From Leucoraja ocellata (lineage: Eukaryota): a stretch of 64,000 nt of DNA. The notes beneath the pieces were generated by a model, which was not told the origin of the DNA, searched no databases, and saw nothing but the letters and a program-made list of their open reading frames with translations. Positions 37,046 to 46,700 of the stretch are shown here, in pieces (position 1 is the first letter of the stretch; the number at the start of each line of letters is the position of its first letter). The translations under genes were made by a program, and so were the position numbers. The DNA lies in assembly GCA_036785375.1 (NCBI GenBank), contig JAWMAR010000084.1, forward strand, positions 1,364,001-1,428,000, read 5' to 3'.

Positions 37046-38629
37046 ACAGATAGAACCATGGTGACTTTGAATCCCAAAGTTCAAGGGAGAATTGATGACA
37101 CAATTGTCCATGTCAAGGTGGGAAGAGAATTGAAATCTGACCTCTGATGTTAAAATTGGCAGCTTTAATACAGGTACATAGTGATAACAGAAAAATAATA
37201 TAAACCATGTTTAGTTTATTGTCACATGTTCCGATGTACAGTGAAAAGCTTTATTGTTGTGTGCTCTCCAGTCAGTGGAAAGACTATACATGATTACAAT
37301 CTAGTTGTCCAAGTGTGCAGATACAGGATAAAGGGAATAATGTTTAGTGCAAGGTAAAATCCAGTAAAGTCCAATTAAAGATAGTCCGATGGGCTCCAAT
37401 GAGGTAGATGGTGGCTTAGGATTGCTCTCTATTTGGTGATATGATGGTTCAGTTGCCTGATAACAGCTGGGAAGAAACTGCTCCAGAATCTGGAGATATG
37501 CATTTTCACACTTCTGTACCTCCTGCCTGATGGAAAAGGGGAGAAGAGGGAGTGACCGCGGTGAGACTCATCTTTGATTATGCTGGTGGCTTTGCCAATG
37601 CAGTGTGAAGTGTAGATGAAATAGACCTATCAGTTAAAGCTTAATTTATATATTCGTTACTGAATGGATCAACCACACCCAGTTGCATTTTAGGTCAAAA
37701 CTCAGCAATAATTGGCATCATCAATGACAATATTTTGTGGAACTCAAGTGAAGCACAGTTTTGACAGGCAATACTCAACTGGGCAAGTCTAACATTCTAT
37801 TGAGACATAACTTTTTGCAATAGGTTTATTGAAAGAGAAATCAGTATTGATCCATAATATTTAAGTACATAAGTAAAATTAAGTAGCAAATTGGGTCAAG
37901 AAACATCTACTCAATTGGTTTTTATTTTTTAAATATTTATGGCATTTAAAATCACAAGGGTTCTCCACTTTAAACTCCACAAAAGCATATTCTACCTGGC
38001 TGTGCATTCAATTACCACAAAAAATAAATGTTTTCATTTTCTACCTAAAACCGCAGAATAATGTTAGTAATTTCCCAATACTTGAGAAGTCACTCTTCAT
38101 GTGTGGTCCAGGATATTAAATGCAGGGGCACCTCACTGGATCCAACCATTTCCATGGCATCCTCTGGCAACAGGCCTGGCTTGCCTGCTGTGGACCCAGG
38201 AAGCCCGTCCTCAAGAAGGAAGCCACCGAGCCTGGCCATGCTCATCCCTGAGGACCAAAAAACCAGAGAGTAGGGTGGAGAGAGATGGTGGTGGCAACGG
38301 ACGCAAAGAACAAAGGGCCGGTAAGAAGAATCACAATCTTATCTGCAGTGCCCTCAAGGTTAGCTGCGGGATGCGCAGCATGGGACGACAGTTCACTGGC
38401 CAATATGAGGATCTGGACCAAGGCTGGAAGTCCTTGCACAGGCTGGGTGTCGACTGGATCAGGCGCTGCACTGAGAGACTGAGCGCGCAGATCGGACATG
38501 TGCACAGAGCAGTGATGGAGGACATCAACTAATTTGCTTGACCAGGCCGATCCTGCAACGCCTTTATGGCCAGCTTCACTAAAGCAACTTAGACTGTGAA
38601 AATGGCTCAAAATCCTGTACTTCTATACA

Positions 38630-38932
38630 CTTTGTCTTCTCCCCATAACCTTTGACACGCTTACTAATCAAGAATCTATCAATCTCGACTTTAAAAATAC
38701 CCAATGAGTTGACCTCCACAGCCATCTGTGGTAATGAATTCCACAGATTCACTACCCTCTGACTAAAGAAATTCCTCCTCACCTTACTAAAGGTGCGTCC
38801 TTTTATTCTGAGGCCATGCCCTCTGGTCCTAGACTCTCCCACTAGTGGAAACATCCCCCCCGCATCCACTCTCTTCCAGGCCGTTCACTATTCGGTAAGT
38901 TTCAATGAGGGACCCCCTCATCCTTCTAAACT
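38630..38932 (-). mobile_element. CR1 LINE 3' fragment
   Basis: Encodes MFPLVGESRTRGHGLRIKG...FFSQRVVNLWNSLP. Confidence 0.82.
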
Positions 38933-40090
38933 TTGGTGCAACCAATTGCAGAGCATGTAATAGTTGCTTATGAGATTAAAAAAAAAACTATGTGGAATAA
39001 TTGTTGAAAATCAGTATGTTTGATATCACAGTTAATGTTTGTTAATGAGGACAAAAGCTGGACTGACCACATACAGCCGAATGGTAATGTTTGCATTGAT
39101 CACGTTAAGCAGGATTTGCTCAAGGTTATTATTCTAGCTGAGGGTAAATTTAGCGTGTGACATGATGAAACCAGCAGAAATTGCTTCTTCTGTTGCCTGT
39201 GCGTGGGTTTGACACTTGCTACTAACTATATCTTTTATTAGCCCACAGGAAAATAAAACTCCGTTGAGAGTAAAATAAAAAGAAAAATGTGCCAACGATG
39301 TGAATTATCGGTTCTGCAAATATTAATATCTATTTTTATCCAATGGCTTTTTATCTTAATATGAATTCGAAATTTGTCACAAGAATGCAGTGGAAGCTTT
39401 GACAATATTTGACAAATTATAGAAGTGGGTGTCAACTATTTAAATATGCACCAGAATAACTGGTCAATCATGAGCAACGGTGTTTTGATTCTAGACATAG
39501 ATTTTCAAGCCTCCATGAAACACGAGTTAAGTACTGAATGCATGTGCAGTTGTCTTGGCTGGAATTCAGGCATTGGTATGATTCCTCTCCTAAAATTATA
39601 ACATGGAGCGTCTGCCCTGCTGGGCTTGTGACGGCTTCAGTCTGAAAGTAAATGGCTGCTGACACATCGCCTCCACTGATTTGACCAAGGAGCTTCTTGT
39701 GGAAAAGTGAAAATGTTTCTTGTTTTCATCAGTTGAGAATGCACATGCTCAGCTTCCTCATTCACTTTTGAAAATGACTGTCATTATGCAGCAGGTAATA
39801 ACTTTATTTCTTTATCCACTTCATTACAGATTTCAAAAGTAATTTCATTTTCTAATCATGGTGGAACAATTAAATCCAATGAATGTTTCCTATTTCACTC
39901 TTGATTAAGCGGGACAGGCGGCACCTCTGGAGGGAAGGAATGGGTATCGTATCGGATCAAGACCCGTCTTCAGTAATGTTCAATTTTATGTGATATAGCA
40001 GCACGTACGTTGAAACTGTCCAGGACTGGAGGAATGCTCTAAAACGTTACAAGCTCTTGACTAATTTAAAGGTCACCTCAGACAGTCTTA

Positions 40091-40397
40091 AGGGCCTGTC
40101 CCACTGTATGAGGTAATTCAAGAGTTCTCACGAGTTTCCACTGATTCGAACTCGGAGAATTACGGTAATAGCCGTTCGTAGGTACTCGGGGCTCTCATGG
40201 ACATTTTTCACAGTGCTAAAAAAACTTCACGAGTTACCGCGTTTCCCGAGTACCTGCCGTTAGCATTACGAGCCGCTACGAGACATCCACGAGCTCCGAC
40301 GTAGCCGCTACGTACATTCTACGTACTTACCACGAATTTGATTTTTTTTTAAACTCGGGAGAGCTTTTGGATTACGTCGTACATTGGGACAGGCCCT
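40091..40397. mobile_element. PIF/Harbinger-like MITE (307 bp)
   Basis: TIRs AGGGCCTGTCCCACTGTA / TACATTGGGACAGGCCCT and a 3-bp TSD TTA on both sides. Confidence 0.88.
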
Positions 40398-42264
40398 TTA
40401 CCTAGAACAGCAGTATGATTATGACAAAAGCAGAAAAGCTGAGAAGTGTAGAAAGGAACTGGAGATGCAGATGAAGAAGCCTGATTTGCTGAGTTCCTCC
40501 AGCAATTTTTTTTTCTTGCTCCAGAAAAGCTGAAAGTTTGATTAGTATTCAGTGTAAACCTTGTTGAGGATATACTTTTGAATTTTTGGAGGTAAATTCC
40601 TTGTGAGTGTAGGCCGCTAGGTGCGACTACAATTTTGCAGATATTGTTTTTGCTATCAAAGTAAATCTACTTGTGGTGCATTATAATTATTGTGCCAGAG
40701 TTTCTTTTATTTAGTACTACTCCAAATGTGAAGTATGTGCTGTTAAAGTCTTTTGAACAATTGTAATTTACTGGGCTGGAGTTTGTTTGTTTGTTTGTTT
40801 GCAGCTCTGACCATAGGAAGTCACACATCCTTTGGCCAGGAAAGGGTGCCTGATACAAGGATGGGAAATAGGTGAATTGTGGGGCTGGTGTGATATAACT
40901 TTCCTATTTACTGGACAAGTCATAAAAAGCAAACAAATACCAAGTCAAAGTCCCAAAGCTCAATCTCAGAAACATGGTTTAGGATCCTTGAATGATGCCT
41001 CTTCTAAGATATGCCACTTTGCTGCTTCCTGATGCATTACAGTGTCAGAAATAGCTCAACAGGCAAAGTGCGGAATGATAGACATGCAGTAAATAAAACC
41101 TTTGTATTCATAAGGCACTCAAAGAGTTCACATTCATAAAAGCACACAAGCCTCACCAGGTATATCTGTGACAACACCCTGTGGTAGATATCATCCCTTC
41201 ACGAGGTTGCCTTCCAGCAGTTTCTTCATTTTTGATGAATGTGGAACCGCATCATTTTGTGCAGCGTTTGTTCTGACATTTCTGCACACTTCATTTTGAG
41301 GGAGAATCTTTTGAACGGCGATGTGATGACTGGGATTCCGGGTTGCTTGAACGTTGTTTGCTTGGGAATTGTTCATTACTCTACCTGCTTGTGAGTTTTC
41401 CTTTAAATAATAAAATAATAATATGACTGCTTGTGACCGTCCCTTTAAATAATATTCAATTAATTGAGGGGGGAAATGTTAAAGATGTGGAGGGCATGTT
41501 TTTTACACAGAGGGTGGTGAGTGCCTGGAACGTGCTGCTGGAGGTGGTTGTTGAGGCAGATACAATAATTGCATTTAAGTGATTTTTGGACAGGCGAATG
41601 GAGGGATATGGATTATGTGCTGGCTGCTAAGAGTTGGTCTTGGCATCATATTCAGCACAGATATTGTGGGCCAAATGGCCTGTTCCTGTGCTGTACTTTT
41701 CTATGTTTTAGGTTCTAACTGGAGCCTTCAGGATTGTTGCAACTCTATGAGTGAACAACCCCTGTCATGATTCAGATCAATGTACTTACTGCAACACAGA
41801 AGGAGGCTATTTGGCCCATCTCATCCACATAGAAACCACATCAGTCCCATTCATAGCAATTCTATTTTCCATGTATCCCTGCAAGTTGTTCTCTCATTGA
41901 TGCACTTTGATTCTTTGGCAGAATCCCTGCTGTGTGGTACGTTACATTAGCCAATCAACCTACCAGCATATCTTTGGAACGTGGAATAAAACCAGAGCAC
42001 TCGAGGGAAACCTACAGTTACTGGTAGAATTGCACACAGACAACCCTGAGGTTAGGATTGAGCCTGGACTGAGCTGTGAGACAGCACTGTTAAATGCTGC
42101 ATCACCTCCATTGCCTCACTCTGGAAACACATTTTTTAGCATTGTGCAACTTCCAGTGCCATTTGGGAAACCGCAACATCGGAAGATCATCTTCTTCTTA
42201 CAGCAGAAAATTCAATTCTATCAATGACAGGAGTTAATTGGCTCAGAATTTGTTCACAACAGAA

Positions 42265-43322
42265 GGGCGCCATAGTGGTGCAGTGGTAAAGTTGCTGCCT
42301 TACAGCGCCAGTGAGCTGGGTATGATCCTGACTACAGGTGCTGTCTGTACAGAATTTGTACGTCCTCCGTGTGACTGCATGGGTTTTCTCTGTGTGCTTC
42401 GGTTTCCTCCCACACTCAAAGACGTATAGGTTTGTAGGTTAATTTGGCTTCAGTAAAAATTGTAAGATTAGGAAAAGGGGAGATGCAATGAGACCTGGGT
42501 GTCATGGTACACCAGTCATTGAAAGTAGGAATGCAGGTGCAGCAGGCAGTGAAGAAAGCAAATGGTATGTTAGCATTCATAGCAAAAGGATTTGAGTATA
42601 AGAGCAGGGAGGTTCTACTGCAGTTGTACAGGGTCTTGGTGAGACCACACCTGGAGTATTGCGTACAGTTTTGGTCTTCTAATCTGAGGAAAGACATTCT
42701 TGCTATAGAGGGAGTACAGAGAAGGTTCACCAGACTGATTCCTGGGATGGCAGGACTTTCATATGAAGAAAGACTGGATAGACTCGGCTTGTACACGCTA
42801 GAATTTAGAAGATTGAGGGGGGATCTTATAGAAACTTACAAAATTCTTAAGGGGTTGGACAGGCTAGATGCAGGAAGATTATTCCCGATGTTGGGAAAGT
42901 CCAGAACTAGGGGTCACAGTTTAAGGATAAGAGGGAAGTCTTTTAGGACCGAGATGAGAAAATCATTTTTTACACAGAGTGGTGAATCTGTGGAATTCTC
43001 TGCCACAGAAGGTAGTTGAGGCCAGTTCATTGCCTATATTTAAGAGGGAGTTAGATGTGGTCCTTGTGGCTAAAGGGATCAGGGGGTATGGAGAGAAGGC
43101 AGGGATGGGATACTGAGTTGGATGATCAGCCATGATCATATCGAATGGCAGTGCAGGCTCGAAGGGCCGAATGGCCTACTCCTGCACCTATTTTCTATGT
43201 TTCTATGTCCCTAGTGTGTCAGAAAATGCTAGTGTATGGGGAGCGTTGTTTGGCGAGGATTCGGTGGGCCAAAGGTTCTGTTTCCACGTTGTATCTCTAA
43301 ACTAAACTAAAACTAAACTAAA
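42265..43322 (+). mobile_element. tRNA-derived SINE split by a CR1 insertion
   Basis: Head 42265-42465 has A and B boxes. Tail 43208-43322 ends in (AAACT)n. Confidence 0.8.
42466..43207 (+). mobile_element. Young CR1 LINE 3' fragment inserted into a SINE
   Basis: ORF 42504-43019 carries CR1 C-terminal motifs and the tail is TTTCTATGTTTCTATG. SINE sequence flanks both sides. Confidence 0.92.
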
Positions 43323-43599
43323 CAAGTTAGCACTCATTTTTTGGACTTCATGCAGGTGTACTTCCAGGTCTCTGTTTTTATTCTACGATCAGTTTTAAAT
43401 CGGGTTTTTGGATAGGTATTGATTGCTGAAGCAAATTACATTATCTGTGTGCCATTCATAATTTGGTACTTTTCATATGATACAAGTCCCATATCCAAAC
43501 CATAGATATCCAGAGTTCCTTAAAATTTGCTTTTAAATATGTTTCAATGTATAAGATCTTACGTTATTTGTGGGTTTGCTGTGTTTCATTCATATTAAT

Positions 43600-43677
43600 T
43601 ATTTGTACTCTATTTCCAGAATTAGTATGAGGGAGGAATTACTGAAGAACTTGGGCAACATCCAGGATCACAGTTGA
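43600..43677 (+). promoter_or_regulatory. Candidate splice acceptor (43619/43620) and 16-codon uORF upstream of the PROB1-like ORF
   Basis: T-rich tract ending tttgtactctatttccag|. ATG at 43627 to TGA at 43677 encodes MREELLKNLGNIQDHS. Confidence 0.4.
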
Positions 43678-43765
43678 CACATCGTCTATTTTTTTGTACT
43701 GGCATTATTAAAATACGTTTCGAGGCGCAATCGAAAAACTTCATTGCACAGACTACAAGTTTAAA

Positions 43766-46700
43766 ATGAATAATTTAGATCAAAAAATTCTGTTTGGAAA
43801 AAACCCCAAAGAAAACAACAAAAAAAATGAACCTGGTGCTAACTTTGTATCTGAAATATGGTTCAAAAATCTCTCGAATAACTCGAATGCAGACTCAAAT
43901 TTTATTTCAGACAACACATTTAGGAGTATAGAGACTGGTAATCAAGTTTTGGCAGAGGATCATGGCCAACTTAAAGCAAATACTAGTCCCTCTGGGATTC
44001 TTGCAGATCCTGATTCTATAAATAATGATCAGCTTTTCGAACCAGGCATCATCACGTCCACAGTAAAGACATCATTTGAATCACCATTGTTTCTCAAGGG
44101 TGATGATAATCATTGTGATTCCTCTGGTTCTTACCATACTGCTGTGGGCTCCGATATTGGAGAAAATCTTAGTGATTGTAGTGGGCCATACGAAGATTTT
44201 GAAGAACTCTCTCCTGACCAAGACGAAAGTCACGAGATTTCACAGCGTTTTGGTGCTTCGCAGAAAGAACAAAGTGTTGACTGGTTAAACAGTTCTGAAA
44301 TTGAGACCAGTTTAAATGATTGCTCACCACCACCTCAGTTTAGCTGCAGGGAAGAACAAGAACAAATATTTGTGAGTAAACATAAGATGGAATTGCTTGA
44401 ACTAACTGCTGGGGGGGAATTAAATGGTGATATAAAGCCCTTTCAGTTACATAGCAGAAATGTGCATGATGTTAAATCTCATTACAAAATGGATGTGGGA
44501 TTAGCTGTAAAAACTGCTGATGAAAAGAATTCCTTTGGGTATGAAATCACATCTAGCCCTCAGGAAGAAAAGAATGCTTGCAGTAGCGATGTGGTAAGTA
44601 ATGATTCTTTATTAACTACGCACAGCAATTCAAGTGCTGAAGGAGAAGTCAACAAATCGCCTGAATGTGATCTAACAGGGCTGGGCACTAATCTACAGAA
44701 CTGTAAAGGAAATGGAGACCAACAGGTTCATTTGTCAATCACAGCTCAAAATAGCAAAACTGCAGAGAGAGGTAATGGAGTGCAGCTGTCGAGAAAACAG
44801 GAGGCTGAAGTGAGTACGCATGCTTCTCCAGGCTGTTATCTACATCTTGGTTTAAATGAAATTGAAGAAATGCCTCAAAAAGATAAGTTTGAAGACAGTG
44901 CAAAAAATAATTCAAGTGCTAATGGTAAAAGGAAATGTGCTGAGAGCATGAGTGAATCATCTAGTTTTGCAAGTGAGCTAGATGAAACAGATTATGAGGT
45001 TCGAAAATTGACTGCTCTGGCTTTTCGAAGTTTGTCCTGTCCAAATGATAATTATCTCCACATTTATAATTCTGGGGGTTTCATTGATTTCTCACCGGCT
45101 TTGTCAGAGGAATGCCACAATACAAAGAGTGTGTCGGTTTGTTCTGAGCCAGACTTTGTGGGCACAGCTAGTGAAACAGAGGATCCCAGTTATGCAGCCT
45201 ATGCTTTATACACTGGAGCTGAAGAAAGTAATATGTTTCTTGATGATCCATATGACAGAATGCAGTTTGAATGCATCGACGTAGCTGTAGAATCTCCAGA
45301 GAAAGGCAAAGATGTCAGAGCAAGCAGAACTGTCCCAAAACGTCAAATTGAACTCAGGAGACCACAGAGAAGTGAATTAAAAGTATTTACCTCGAGTAGT
45401 GCCATCAATTCCTATGCTTATGTTGGTCTTGGAGATGAAACTGGGAATGAAGAAGAGCGTTTGGAAATCATTGAAAGGACGCCTTATATAGAAAACGCAA
45501 TAAGCACAAATATCAAAAATAAAAATAGAATTCATAAGCAGCCACAAAGAGCAATATCTATAGATGGGCCTACACCACGAAACAAATTTGCATCCAGCCT
45601 TTTATCAAATGTGATATCCAAAAAAATGCTGTATGAGCAAAATCTCAAGGCAGAGCAGGAATTCAACAGGTTTGCCCGCTTCCCAATTACACGTAATGTG
45701 AGAAAGAAAGATCGAGCTCTTTTGCCAATTGTCTCACAACAAATACACCATGAAAGTTCTGCTTCAAAATCGGAATGCAATAACTCTCAAAATGTTGCTC
45801 AGAACAATTTGAGAAAGAATGGTTGTGAATTAACTGCTGATAATGCAGAGGAAAATGAAGGTTTGGGTCAAAAGTGCTGTTACAGTTCTTTAAGGTGCGC
45901 AGGTGGTCAAACTATCGGTGGACAGAACAACATCAGCCCTGATTGCTGCACAACCAATGTACTTGAGAATTACAGAGAAACACATATGGACAGCCAATGT
46001 GAAGCAAGTGCTGAAAGAACTCCAGGAATGAGTAGGGCAAAATCATGTTCCATGTTTAATAATCCTAGCATCAATGTATCTGGGGAAGAGAAGAACCTAA
46101 CTTCTTCATGCACTTCAGTAGGTAAATATAAAAATGGGAGTTGGCAAAATACTGAAGAAAATGCAGAATCAGACAATAGCATACAATGTGAATTACCATC
46201 ATATGAAGATAAAACAAGTGACATTCAGTTAAGTAAATCTTCACACCAAATCAACGCTTCAAGGAATATTCTTGCGCTAAAGTCATCAAAGATGCTACAC
46301 AACTCTCCAAAACCAAATGTTCAAAGAACCATCACATGCTGTGTCCCAAAGACACATTCTCTCACACCAGAATCCAACACTTCTGATCTTGACCCCAACA
46401 ATCAAACACTCCCTGTTTCACCTAAAGCCAACTGTGGCATGGAGAAAACTAACATTTCACATTGTAATATTGAAGACAACATATCCATCAAAAATAAAAC
46501 TAAGTGTCCTACTTATGTTAGGGATGTGAAAAAACTTGGTCAAAATAATAACTGTGGATTAACATTCTGTGCTACCAAAGGTAAATGTGATGTCCCCGAT
46601 GAGGTTTGTAATCCATCCATTATAAAGCAACCACTTCCAGAACCTCTCAACAAGGTCTCAATAGTTGACAGCATTTCGTCACCAAAATGTATTCAACGTC

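Noticed and set aside
36719-37147. Recurring peptide MLEKLSGCSSIYGAKEIG in several ORFs on both strands
   Set aside because: It is a chance translation of the non-coding palindromic repeat family, not a gene family.
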